Positions 54,113 to 64,000 of a DNA stretch of 64,000 nucleotides are shown here, one piece after another (the stretch's first letter is position 1; the number at the start of each line of letters is the position of its first letter). A program made the position numbers and the translations under genes. The stretch is taken from the NCBI GenBank assembly GCA_963771355.1, contig CAVYTA010000005.1:160001-224000 (forward strand), given 5' to 3'. Under the pieces are notes generated by a model, which searched no databases, was not told the DNA's origin, and was given only the letters and a program-made list of their open reading frames with translations. This stretch comes from an uncultured Candidatus Rokubacteria bacterium (GTDB taxonomy: Bacteria > Methylomirabilota > Methylomirabilia > Rokubacteriales > CSP1-6).

Positions 54113-55547
54113 CCGCCACGTAGCGGTCGTTGCCGTCCCGGCGTACGAGGAGCATCAACGGCTTGTCCTTGGCCCGCTTGTCCACCGCCTCGCGCAGATC
54201 CTCCACGCTGGTGATGGGCCGGCGGTCCGCCTGCACGATCACGTCACCCGCCTGGAGGCCGGCCTCGGCGGCGGGGCTGCCATTGCGGACGTCGCGAATC
54301 AGCACGCCCTTGGTGCCCGCGGGCAGGGACAGCGCCTGCGCGACTTCCGGCGTGATGGGGGCCACGGTGACCCCCAGGGCGCCCTTGTCGTCCGCCTTGG
54401 CCGCTACCACGTCAGTGTCACGATCCTCCAGCTTCGCGATGGTGGCCGACAGCGTGAGCGTCTTGCCTTCACGCAGCACCTTGATCGGCACCTGACGGCC
54501 CGCGGGGAGATCCGCCACCAGCCGCGGCAGGTCTTCCGTGCGGGTCACCGCGTGACCGTCCAGCTCGACGATCACGTCACCCTGCCGGACACCGGCCTTG
54601 GCCGCGGGCGAGCTCTCCGTCACCTGGGCGACCAGCGCGCCCTTGCCGGCTTCGAGCCCGAGGCCCTTGGCCAGGGTGGGCGTCATTTCCTGGATGGAAA
54701 CGCCCAGCCAGCCCCGCTCGACGCGGCCGGTGGACGCGAGCTGCGACACCACGGACTTGGCGAGGTTCACCGGGATGGCGAATCCGATACCCACCGAGCC
54801 GCCGGTCTGGCTGAAGATCGCCGCGTTGATCCCGACGACCTGTCCGCGCGAGTTGATGAGCGGGCCGCCGCTGTTGCCGGGATTGATCGAGGCATCCGTC
54901 TGGATGAAGTCGTCGTAGGGACCGGCGCCGATCACGCGCCCGGTGGCGCTCACGATGCCGGTGGTCACGGTCTGCGCGAGGCCGAACGGGTTGCCGACGG
55001 CCATCACCGCCTCGCCCACCTGGAGCGCGGCGGAGTCGCCGAGGGCCACCACGGGAAGATCGGTCGCCTCGACCTTGAGAAGCGCCAGGTCGGTGCGGGC
55101 GTCACGGCCCACCACCTTGGCGGGAAGCTCGCGGCCGTCGGCCAGCTTGACGCGGACCTGGGTGGCGCCGTCCACCACGTGGTGGTTGGTCACGATGTAG
55201 CCGCTCGCGTTGATGATGAAGCCCGAGCCGAGGCTCCGGCCCTTCCGCTGGAGGCGGTCGGACGGATCGTCCGGCGTGAAGGGGAAGGGCGCGCGCAGCT
55301 GCGGCGACTCCTGCGCGCGCGTGGCGCTGACGTTCACCACCGCGGGCTTGACCGCGCGGGCCAGCTCGACCCAGGCCGGGGCGGGAACGGTCGGCGCGGT
55401 GACCGCCACCGGACGATCGGTCCAGATCGGCGTGTCGGTCCTGCCGAAGCCCGGCGAGACCGCGCCCAGCGCTCCGAGCGTGAAGACAATGGCGATGAGG
55501 CCCGTCGCGGGCCAGGCCCAGTGGCGGCGGATGGTCGGGAAGTCCAT
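54102..55547 (-). CDS. DegP/DegQ (HtrA) serine endoprotease, two PDZ domains
   Basis: TNHHVV, DLALL, QTDASINPGNSGGP. Confidence 0.95.
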   Translation of the reverse strand: MDFPTIRRHWAWPATGLIAIVFTLGALGAVSPGFGRTDTPIWTDRPVAVTAPTVPAPAWVELARAVKPAVVNVSATRAQESPQLRAPFPFTPDDPSDRLQRKGRSLGSGFIINASGYIVTNHHVVDGATQVRVKLADGRELPAKVVGRDARTDLALLKVEATDLPVVALGDSAALQVGEAVMAVGNPFGLAQTVTTGIVSATGRVIGAGPYDDFIQTDASINPGNSGGPLINSRGQVVGINAAIFSQTGGSVGIGFAIPVNLAKSVVSQLASTGRVERGWLGVSIQEMTPTLAKGLGLEAGKGALVAQVTESSPAAKAGVRQGDVIVELDGHAVTRTEDLPRLVADLPAGRQVPIKVLREGKTLTLSATIAKLEDRDTDVVAAKADDKGALGVTVAPITPEVAQALSLPAGTKGVLIRDVRNGSPAAEAGLQAGDVIVQADRRPITSVEDLREAVDKRAKDKPLMLLVRRDGNDRYVAVTG

Positions 55548-55707
55548 GGCTCCTCCATGTACGGTTGTACGGGATTCACTAGAGATTGAAGTTCATCCTA
55601 GACCATAGCGGACACGGATGAGAGGAGGATGAAGCGAGCGTGAGAAGTTTCTTAGCCGGCGGCCCCGCGCCGAGGGGCCTCGCTTGACAATGGGGGGCCG
55701 GCGGCCG

Positions 55708-56679
<972 letters not shown>

Positions 56680-56691
<12 letters not shown>

Positions 56692-56804
56692 AAAAGGCCC
56701 ATCTACTTTGTTGGCGCCCTCGGCCGCACGCTCAACGTAGAGAGTACGCCTCGCGTGCGACTCTCGGGCGCCGCCTCGCATCTGGACCTTTTTGAGCCGC
56801 CGGC
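56680..56804. repeat. 125-bp palindromic MITE/REP-like element
   Basis: 22-bp terminal inverted repeats with 2 mismatches plus nested internal stems; lies between convergent genes. Confidence 0.65.
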
Positions 56805-56822
56805 GAGTTGTTTTGCAGCTGG

Positions 56823-57401
56823 CTAGCGCGCGCCGGCCACTCCCGCGTCGAAGGACAGCCCGATCTTCTTGAACTCGTCCAGCACGTCGGGCCCGATGGC
56901 CTCGAGCTGCTCGGCGACGATGGGCGGCAACCCGATGTCGTTCCGGTCGTGGACACCGCCGGTGATGACGGTCTGGAGGACGCTGTCCTTGGTGTCCACG
57001 TTGCGGAAGCCGCGGCACCAGCCGGGCGGGCAGGAGAACGAATCCCACTGCTCCAGCACCACCGTCTCCTCGCCGCGGTCGCCCACGTAGAACTCGAACT
57101 TGCCCTCCAGCACGGTGAAGGTCTCGAAGGTCTTCACGTGCGCGTGCAGCGCCGGGCCCTGGCCGGGCGGGCAGACCGAGATGAACATGGTCATGCCCGC
57201 CGCGCCGTACACCGGGGCCTGATTCCCGAAGGGCGAGTCGGTCTTCTCGAGCACTACCGGCATGATCTTCCGCGCGAAGATGATGTCGCGGGCGGCCAGC
57301 GGCACCCGGTCATTGCCCTTCATGGTGGACATGGGCTCGAGGCGGGCGAAGCGCGCCACCCGCTCGTCGATCTCGGCGCGTGAGGGATTGACGGTCTGCA
57401 T
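56823..57401 (-). CDS. Cupin domain protein
   Basis: PPGQGPALHAH..TFETF, PPGWCRGFRN. Confidence 0.85.
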   Translation of the reverse strand: MQTVNPSRAEIDERVARFARLEPMSTMKGNDRVPLAARDIIFARKIMPVVLEKTDSPFGNQAPVYGAAGMTMFISVCPPGQGPALHAHVKTFETFTVLEGKFEFYVGDRGEETVVLEQWDSFSCPPGWCRGFRNVDTKDSVLQTVITGGVHDRNDIGLPPIVAEQLEAIGPDVLDEFKKIGLSFDAGVAGAR

Positions 57402-57424
57402 GGGACGGTCTCCTTGGGTGCGGG

Positions 57425-57697
57425 CTATTCGATGCCACGGAAATAGCCGGGGGGTACCGGCTGATACTCCTTGGAGCGGACGTACCCGCGCTTCTTGAGA
57501 CAGCCGCGGTACACGTCCTGGATCATGACCGGGTAGGTGGGCGTCGGGGCCGCTTCCTTGGCGCACTCCTGGCTGTCGCTGACGAACTGCTCCGGGGTCG
57601 CGCCCGGCCTGGACCAGAAGAAGGCGGTGCACCCGCCGAGCAGGGTCACGAGGACGGCGGCGGAGGCTAGCCCGAGGATCGCGCGACGATGCGACAT
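57425..57697 (-). CDS. Small hypothetical lipoprotein
   Basis: Lipobox LGGC; WSRPGAT..DSQEC..YRGCLKKRGY. Confidence 0.75.
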   Translation of the reverse strand: MSHRRAILGLASAAVLVTLLGGCTAFFWSRPGATPEQFVSDSQECAKEAAPTPTYPVMIQDVYRGCLKKRGYVRSKEYQPVPPGYFRGIE

Positions 57698-57727
57698 GTC
57701 GGATCTCCCGTCGTGCTGCCGTGGTGA

Positions 57728-58120
57728 TCAGGGAAGGGGCTTGCAGCCGGGACGATCGTAACGGTGAAACTCGCCTCGCGCATTGATGGCGACGCGGATC
57801 GAGGGCTCGGGCCCCCGCGGCTCGAGGTGGTGCCAGCGATTCTTGGGGCCGAAGACGAAGTCACCCGCGCGCCCCCGGATCGGCTTGGGCTCGTCTTCGA
57901 TGTACCAGTCGATGTCGCCCGCCACCACCACCCACCACTCGTCGTGGAGGTGGTAGTGGGTGTCGTTCGGATGGCCCGGGGGCTGGCAGATGATGAAGGC
58001 CTGGATGTCGTCGGTGAGCACGAGCGCCTCCGACCACGGCGGCGTGCCCTTGCGCGCGCGCAGCTCCTCCACGCGGGTCCAGAGACGGCCCGTCTCCATC
58101 AGCGGAACCCGGACCGCCAT
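57728..58120 (-). CDS. Cupin domain protein
   Basis: HYHLHDEWW, GDFVFGPKNRWH. Confidence 0.82.
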   Translation of the reverse strand: MAVRVPLMETGRLWTRVEELRARKGTPPWSEALVLTDDIQAFIICQPPGHPNDTHYHLHDEWWVVVAGDIDWYIEDEPKPIRGRAGDFVFGPKNRWHHLEPRGPEPSIRVAINARGEFHRYDRPGCKPLP

Positions 58121-58122
58121 GG

Positions 58123-59673
58123 CTAGCGGGAGACCTGCATCTCGGCCGCGATGAGCCGGTAGTCGGCGCGTGGCTTGAACGTCACCCGCTGGCTCGTGCC
58201 GTAGACGATGACTTCCTGGAAGAGCTCGAGCCACGGCTTCTCGTCGTGGATGATCTGGGTGGCCTCGGTGTAGAGCGGCTTGCGTCGGGCCGGATCCAGC
58301 GAGTAGCGCGCCTGCTCCATGAGCTCGTGGAAGCGGTGCCCGGGCTGGCTGCCCGCCCAGTACTTGCCGTTGAGCCCGGTGGGATGGAGCAGGCGCCAGA
58401 TGCTTCCGTCCGCGTCGAGCAGGGTGGACTGGGGGTTGATGAGGAGGAGGCCGCCCACGGGGATGGCGCGGTCGTTGACCATCTTCTGGCGGGCGCCCAT
58501 CTCCATCATGGCGATGCGGGCGCGGATACCCGCCTTGGCCCACATGTCGGCGATGACCTCGATGAGCTGCTTGTCGTTGACCATGGTGCCCATGCCGGCA
58601 TGCAGGGTCACGTCGATGCCGCCGGGGAAGCCGGCCTCGGTGAGGAGGGCCTTGGCGCGCGCCACGTCGTAGGAGTACGGCTTCAGCGCGGGGTTGTGGC
58701 CGAAGTCGGTGTCGGCCACGCCCCCGCTATACGGCTTTCCGTAGCCGGCGTAGATGCCCTTGACGATGCCATTGATGTCGAGCGCGTGATGCAGGGCCTG
58801 GCGGACGCGCTTGTCGGCGAGCGGGCCCTGGGTGGCGTTCATCGCGCACGCCGCCGTGCGCGACGAGGGGACGCTCACGATGCGCGTGGTCCGCCCCTCC
58901 GCGATGGCCTTGATGCGGTCGGGCGGGACATTGGTGACGATGTCGGCCTCGCCCCGGTCGAGCGCGACCAGGCGGGGGAAGTCCTCGGGGATGGGCTTCC
59001 AGACCACGCGGTCCACTCCCGGCTTCTTGCCCTCCCAGCCCCACCAGTCGCGGTTGGCCTCCATCACGAGGCGCTCGTCCTTCACCCACTCGACGAAGCG
59101 GTAGGCGCCGGTGCCCACCGGGCGCCGGGCCAGCTCCTTGACGCCCTCGTCGGTGGTGAGGCGGGCGGGGAGGATCTGCGAGCCCATCTGCGCCATGCGT
59201 ACGGGCAGGAGGGGGTCCGGCTTCTTGGTGACGATACGCACGAGGCCGGGGTTGGGGGCCTGCACCGCCTCGATGGTGGCGAAGCCCGCCGTCACCCCCG
59301 TCTTGCCCGGCACGAGGTTGCGCTCGAGGGTGGCCTTGACGTCGTCGGCGGTGAGCGGCGCGCCGTCGTGGAACTTCACGCCGGAGCGGAGCGTGAACTC
59401 CCAGGTGGTGTCGTTGACGGCGCGCCACGCGGTGGCCAGTCCCGGCTGGAGCACGAGGGCCGAGTCCCAGCGCGTGAGGGAGTCGTAGAGGTTGTAGAAG
59501 TAGTTGACGGTGAGCACCTGGGTGCTGCGGCCCGGGTCCATCGTCGTCGCCTCGGCGGGCTGCGCGATGGTGATCTGGAGGGGCTGGGCCGGCGCCGGTC
59601 GCGGGGCGATCCCCACTCCCAGCGCGAGCGCCATGAGGCCGACGGCGGCGACGCGGATCCGGGCGCGCCTCAT
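58123..59673 (-). CDS. ABC transporter substrate-binding protein family 5
   Basis: LRSGVKFHDGAPLTADDVKATL, PVGTGAYRF. Confidence 0.9.
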   Translation of the reverse strand: MRRARIRVAAVGLMALALGVGIAPRPAPAQPLQITIAQPAEATTMDPGRSTQVLTVNYFYNLYDSLTRWDSALVLQPGLATAWRAVNDTTWEFTLRSGVKFHDGAPLTADDVKATLERNLVPGKTGVTAGFATIEAVQAPNPGLVRIVTKKPDPLLPVRMAQMGSQILPARLTTDEGVKELARRPVGTGAYRFVEWVKDERLVMEANRDWWGWEGKKPGVDRVVWKPIPEDFPRLVALDRGEADIVTNVPPDRIKAIAEGRTTRIVSVPSSRTAACAMNATQGPLADKRVRQALHHALDINGIVKGIYAGYGKPYSGGVADTDFGHNPALKPYSYDVARAKALLTEAGFPGGIDVTLHAGMGTMVNDKQLIEVIADMWAKAGIRARIAMMEMGARQKMVNDRAIPVGGLLLINPQSTLLDADGSIWRLLHPTGLNGKYWAGSQPGHRFHELMEQARYSLDPARRKPLYTEATQIIHDEKPWLELFQEVIVYGTSQRVTFKPRADYRLIAAEMQVSR

Positions 59674-61010
59674 CCGTAGATCTTCCGGAGCTCTCCCGCC
59701 GCCCATTTCACCGCGTCCTCCGCCTTCATGCCCTGCACGCTCTTGGCGAACATGTCGGTGAGGATGTACTTGGAGTAGACCTCGGTGGCCTTGGCCGAGG
59801 GCGGGCCCGCGTAGCCGATCATGCGCGAGGCGGCGGCGGCCTGGCGGTAGATCCTCATGGGCTGGTCGACCTTGTTCCACAGGGGGTGCTGCTCCCAGTA
59901 CTTGGTGGAGCCCACCGAGAAGCCCTCCGCGACCTCGAACCACTTGCCGAACTGTTCCTTGCCGTGGAGCCACTTGAGGAAGTCCTTCGCGAGCTTCTGG
60001 TTCTTCCCGTACTTCATGACGGCGTGCGAGAACGCCACGTGATAGCTCCAGGTGCCGGCGGGCCCGGCGGGGAGCGGCGCGTGCTCGATATCGCGCACCA
60101 TCGGCTCGCCCTTCTCGTCCTTGATCTTGTCCTGGCCACGCTTGGCCGCGATGTAGATGCTGGCGCCATTCAGCGTTGCGGCGATCTCGCCGGCAAGAAA
60201 GGCCCGATTATTGGTGGTGTCGTCCCAGGCCAGGCCGCCCTCGTCGCAGGCGTCCTTCCAGAAGGCCTGCATGAACTTCACCGCCTCCACCGCCTCCTTG
60301 CTCTCGAACACGACCTTCTTGCCGGTCTGGTCGACCTCGGATGCCCCGTAGGCCCAGATCGTCGGGTAGCTCCACGCGGGGGCGTCACCGAAGGTATGGC
60401 CGAGGGTCTGGCCATAGGGATGGCCATTCTTCTTCAGCTTCATCCCGACCTGCCGCAGCTCCTCGAGCGTCTTGGGAAAGGTGGTGGCGCCCACCTCGGC
60501 GAACCACGACTTCCGGTAGGCGATCTGGAGACCGACGATCCCGTGGGGCAGCGCGAGCCAGCGCTTCCCGTCCTTGGAGGCGGCCTCCGCCTGGGCGTAG
60601 TAGCCGCCCTGGTCCTTGCCCTGCCACTCGCCCAGGTCGGTCATGTCGGCGAGGGCGTTCTGGTAGAGGTGGGGCCAGTTGTGCAGCATCATGATGATGT
60701 CGGGGCCACTGCCCGACTGGATGGCGGCGGTGATACGGGGCTGGAGATCGTTACCGTTGACGGTCTCGAGCTGGATCTCCGCGCCGAGGGCCTTGGAGGC
60801 CGCGGGCAGGATGTCCTGCTTCAGCGCGACGTCGCAGGCGGGAATGAAGTCCACCCAGCGGAGCAGGTGGAGCTTGGTCCCCTGCGCGAAGGCGGGCGCG
60901 CGGCGCGCGGCGAGAATGCCTTCGAGGCCGGCCGCCGCCGACAGCGCGGCGGTGCCGGCGAGGAAGGCCCGGCGGCCTGGATCGGGACGGTCGGTCGTGG
61001 TGTCGCGCAT
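59670..61010 (-). CDS. Tat-exported extracellular solute-binding protein (carbohydrate-type family 1)
   Basis: GRRAFL Tat signal; GGLAWDDTTNNRAFLAGE. Confidence 0.9.
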   Translation of the reverse strand: MRDTTTDRPDPGRRAFLAGTAALSAAAGLEGILAARRAPAFAQGTKLHLLRWVDFIPACDVALKQDILPAASKALGAEIQLETVNGNDLQPRITAAIQSGSGPDIIMMLHNWPHLYQNALADMTDLGEWQGKDQGGYYAQAEAASKDGKRWLALPHGIVGLQIAYRKSWFAEVGATTFPKTLEELRQVGMKLKKNGHPYGQTLGHTFGDAPAWSYPTIWAYGASEVDQTGKKVVFESKEAVEAVKFMQAFWKDACDEGGLAWDDTTNNRAFLAGEIAATLNGASIYIAAKRGQDKIKDEKGEPMVRDIEHAPLPAGPAGTWSYHVAFSHAVMKYGKNQKLAKDFLKWLHGKEQFGKWFEVAEGFSVGSTKYWEQHPLWNKVDQPMRIYRQAAAASRMIGYAGPPSAKATEVYSKYILTDMFAKSVQGMKAEDAVKWAAGELRKIYG

Positions 61011-61040
61011 GTGCTCCTCCATGTGGGTCGGGTAAGTGGC

Positions 61041-62396
61041 TCAGGACTCGTAGATCTTCTTCAGCTCCGTCTCGGCCCACTTGACGGCGTCCTCGGCCTT
61101 GGTGCCGGTGACCGCCTTGGCGTACATGTCGACGATGATGTACTTGGTATAGGACTCGGTGGCCTTGCCCGAGGCCGGTCCCGGGTACCCGAGCATCCGC
61201 GACTGCCGTGCCGCCTGCCGGAACACCTGCAGCGGCTTGTCGACCTTGGCCCACATCGGGTGGTCCTCCCACTTCTTGGTGGCGCCGACGCTGTAGCCCT
61301 CGTTGACCTCGAACCACTTGCCGTAGTTCGCGTCCTGGTGCAGCCAGGTGAGGAAGTCCTTGGCCAGCTTCTGATTCTTCGAGTACTTCATGATCGAGTG
61401 CTGGAAGGCACCGTAGAGAGCGAACTGCCCGGCCGGCCCCTTGGGCAGGAGCGCCGCGTGCTCGATGTCCTGGAAGAGCGCCTCCCCCTTGTCGTCCTTG
61501 AGCTTGTCCTTCTGGCGCTTGGCCACGATGTAGATCGACGCGCCGTTGAGCGTGGCGCTGATCTCGCCGGCGTGGAAGGCGCGGTTGTTGTTGGTGTCGT
61601 CCCAGGCGGCGCCGCCCTCGTCGCAGGCGTCCTTCCAGAAGGCCTGCAGGAACTTCACCGACTCGAGCGTCGCCTTGCTGTTGATGACCACCTTCTTGCC
61701 GCTCTGGTCCACTTCCGCCCCGCCGAAATCCCACAGGAACGGGTAGGCAAAGGTGGGCGGGTCGCCGAAGCTGTGGCCGAGCGCCTGGCCCACCGGCTTG
61801 CCCTTGGCCTTGAGCTTCTTGCCGACCTCGCGCCACTCATCCCAGGTCTTGGGGAACTCCCGGGCGCCGATCTCGTTGTGCCAGGAGCGCCGGTAGGCGA
61901 CCGCGTTGCCGCCGGTGCCGTGGGGCACGGCCAGCCACTTGCCGCCCACCTTGGCGGTGGAGGTGAAGACGTCGTAGTAACCGCCCTGCGCCTTGCCGAT
62001 CGGCTCGGCCACGTCGCTGACGTCGACGAGGGCGTTCTGGTAGAGCTGAGGCCAGTTCCACAGCATCTGGATGATGTCGGCGCCGCTGCCCGACTGCACC
62101 GCGGCGGTGATCCGCGGCTGCAGGTCGTTGGCATTGATGAACTCGAACTGCACCTCCGCGCCGAGGGCCTTGCTCGCCTCCGGCGCCTGGCGCTTCAGCT
62201 CCACGTCGGCCTCCGGGATGAAGTCCACCCAGCGGACGATGTGGAGCTTGGTGCCCTGTGCGAAGGCGGGAGCGCGCCGCGCCGCGAGGATGCCCTCGAG
62301 GCCGGCGAGGGCGGACACCGTCGCCGCGCCCGCGAGAAAGGTTCGCCGTGTGACCTGGGATCGATCGGGAGCCGGGGCGTATGCCGAAGCGCGCAT
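61041..62396 (-). CDS. Tat-exported extracellular solute-binding protein (paralog)
   Basis: TRRTFL Tat signal; GGAAWDDTNNNRAFHAGE. Confidence 0.9.
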   Translation of the reverse strand: MRASAYAPAPDRSQVTRRTFLAGAATVSALAGLEGILAARRAPAFAQGTKLHIVRWVDFIPEADVELKRQAPEASKALGAEVQFEFINANDLQPRITAAVQSGSGADIIQMLWNWPQLYQNALVDVSDVAEPIGKAQGGYYDVFTSTAKVGGKWLAVPHGTGGNAVAYRRSWHNEIGAREFPKTWDEWREVGKKLKAKGKPVGQALGHSFGDPPTFAYPFLWDFGGAEVDQSGKKVVINSKATLESVKFLQAFWKDACDEGGAAWDDTNNNRAFHAGEISATLNGASIYIVAKRQKDKLKDDKGEALFQDIEHAALLPKGPAGQFALYGAFQHSIMKYSKNQKLAKDFLTWLHQDANYGKWFEVNEGYSVGATKKWEDHPMWAKVDKPLQVFRQAARQSRMLGYPGPASGKATESYTKYIIVDMYAKAVTGTKAEDAVKWAETELKKIYES

Positions 62397-62428
62397 GGAT
62401 GCCTCCCCTCAAGAGAGATCGGACGTTG

Positions 62429-63703
62429 TCAGGCCTCGTAAATTTTCCGCAGCTCGCCCTCTGCCCACTTGACGGCATCCTCGGCGGCCAAGCCCTGGAT
62501 GCTCTTGGCGAACATGTCCACGAGGATGTACTTCGACAGCGCCTCCGTGGCTTTGCGGCCCGGAGGGCCGGCATGACCGACCTGCCGGGCGAACTGTAGC
62601 GTTTCCGGGAACACCGCGGTCTTGGGATCCTTCCGCCAGAGCGGATGGTCCTTGTACCCGCGCGTGCCGGGGATCCCGAAGGTGTCCATGGTCTCGAAGT
62701 ACTTGTCGAACTGGGCGCGGTCCATGTAGTAACGAATGAAGTCCTTGGCAAGTTTCTGGTTCTTGCCGTACTTCATCACGCAGCTGTTCCAGGCCGGGAG
62801 CCAGTAAAAGCGCCCTGCCGGACCGGGTGGATAGTGGCCGTGATTGGTGCCCTTGTAGACGTCGGGGAACTTCCCGCGCGCCGCCACGTAGATACTGGGG
62901 GCATTGCCGGTGAGCGAGATCTCGCTGGAGAGAAAGGCGCGGTTGTTGTTGCTGTCGTCCCAGGCCAGCCCGCCCTCGTCGAAGCACTCCTTCCACAGCA
63001 CGTTGTTGAACTTGACCGCGTCCACGGTGGCCTTGCGGTTGAGGATGACGGTGCGGCCGTCCTTCTCCACCTCCATGCCGCCCCACATCCAGACGAGGGG
63101 ATAGGACCAGTTGTTCGGGTCGTTGATGCTGTGGCCGAAGGCTTGGCCGAAGGGCTTGCCCTTGGCCTTCATGCGCTTGCCGGCGGCGCGGAACTCGTCC
63201 CAGGTCTGCGGGTAGCGGAGGCCCTCCGCCTGGAGCCAGTCCTCGCGGTAGGTGACGGCCCAGGAGACGATGAACTGCGGCACCCCCACCCAGCGGTTCC
63301 CGGCCATGCAGTTGACCCGCGCGTAGTCGTACCAGCCGCCCTGCCGGCCGCCGACCTCCTCGGCCACGTCCGACACGTCCACCAGCGAGTTCTCGTAGAG
63401 CAGCGGGTGGTTGTTGGCGATGATGATGATGTCGGCGCCGGCTCCGCTCTGCACCGCCGCGGTGACGCGGGCCTGGATGTCGTTCTGGTTGATTCGCTCG
63501 ATGCGGATCTCCGCGCCCGCTTGCTTCCCGAATTCCCGAGCCTGCGCCTCGAAGAGGGTGTCGGCGGCGGGGATGAAGTGCGACCACTGGAGGAGGTGCA
63601 GCGTGGTGCCCTGCGCCAGAGCCGGCGCGCGCCCCGCGGCGAGGATGCCCGCGATACCGGCAGTGGCGATGAACTCTCGACGGCTCGGTCGGCGGCTCTT
63701 CAA
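62429..63703 (-). CDS. Tat-exported extracellular solute-binding protein (paralog)
   Basis: AAGGAGG RBS, TTG start, SRREFI Tat signal; GGLAWDDSNNNRAFLSSE. Confidence 0.88.
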   Translation of the reverse strand: MKSRRPSRREFIATAGIAGILAAGRAPALAQGTTLHLLQWSHFIPAADTLFEAQAREFGKQAGAEIRIERINQNDIQARVTAAVQSGAGADIIIIANNHPLLYENSLVDVSDVAEEVGGRQGGWYDYARVNCMAGNRWVGVPQFIVSWAVTYREDWLQAEGLRYPQTWDEFRAAGKRMKAKGKPFGQAFGHSINDPNNWSYPLVWMWGGMEVEKDGRTVILNRKATVDAVKFNNVLWKECFDEGGLAWDDSNNNRAFLSSEISLTGNAPSIYVAARGKFPDVYKGTNHGHYPPGPAGRFYWLPAWNSCVMKYGKNQKLAKDFIRYYMDRAQFDKYFETMDTFGIPGTRGYKDHPLWRKDPKTAVFPETLQFARQVGHAGPPGRKATEALSKYILVDMFAKSIQGLAAEDAVKWAEGELRKIYEA

Positions 63704-63814
63704 ACGATGTCCTCCTTGACCGCGGGTGACACGCCGCCACACCGCGGCGTACCCGCTACCTATCATGGGGCGTGCGGCCAGGCAAGGGCCGACCCCGAGC
63801 TACTGGGCCGCGGC

Positions 63815-64000
63815 CTAGCGAGGGGCCACGGCGTCGCGGGCGAAGGCGGCCACCGCATCCAGGAGGTCGGGGAAGGCCAGAGCGTCATTGTGATGGGCTC
63901 CGATGATCCGATGAAAGCGCTTGGGGCCGGTGGCGGCGGCGAACAGCTCCTCCCCCAGCTCGAAGGGCACGATCTCGTCCCGGTCGCCGTGGGCCACGAG
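63815..64000 (-). CDS. Alpha/beta hydrolase, C-terminal fragment (cut by window edge)
   Basis: AHGDRDEIVP, GAHHND. Confidence 0.8.
   Translation of the reverse strand, partial: LVAHGDRDEIVPFELGEELFAAATGPKRFHRIIGAHHNDALAFPDLLDAVAAFARDAVAPR

Overview
A high-GC, gene-dense bacterial chromosomal window from a diderm (it encodes Pal/OmpA). The gene repertoire resembles Candidatus Rokubacteria/Methylomirabilota, but that assignment is inference only. It holds about 58 CDS: a copper amine oxidase, SDRs, groES-groEL under a CIRCE element, ABC transporters with many orphan solute-binding proteins, ahcY behind an SAH riboswitch, FixJ-type regulators, two HtrA proteases, a cytochrome c-FTR1 iron permease, an aldehyde:ferredoxin oxidoreductase and others. 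One complete IS481-family element is present with TIRs and a 6-bp target duplication. The most notable signal is a probable selenoprotein that the ORF track splits in two: 3680..5323 reads through an in-frame TGA (3971-3973) to give a U-S-T-C (UxxC) motif followed immediately by a SECIS-like hairpin. This is a UGSC-family N-terminal domain fused to a large uncharacterised domain, and a stand-alone paralog of that domain lies at 55708..56691. Several candidate regulatory motifs are also visible: TTGGACC-N2-GGTCCAA boxes at the FixJ-type locus, ATTACCT-N3-AGGTAAT boxes tied to an XRE/MmyB regulator, a DtxR/MntR-like box, and recurring leaderless-type -10 elements. Multiple single-base insertions (SDR, transposase, repeat protein, ahcY) look like long-read consensus errors rather than true pseudogenes.
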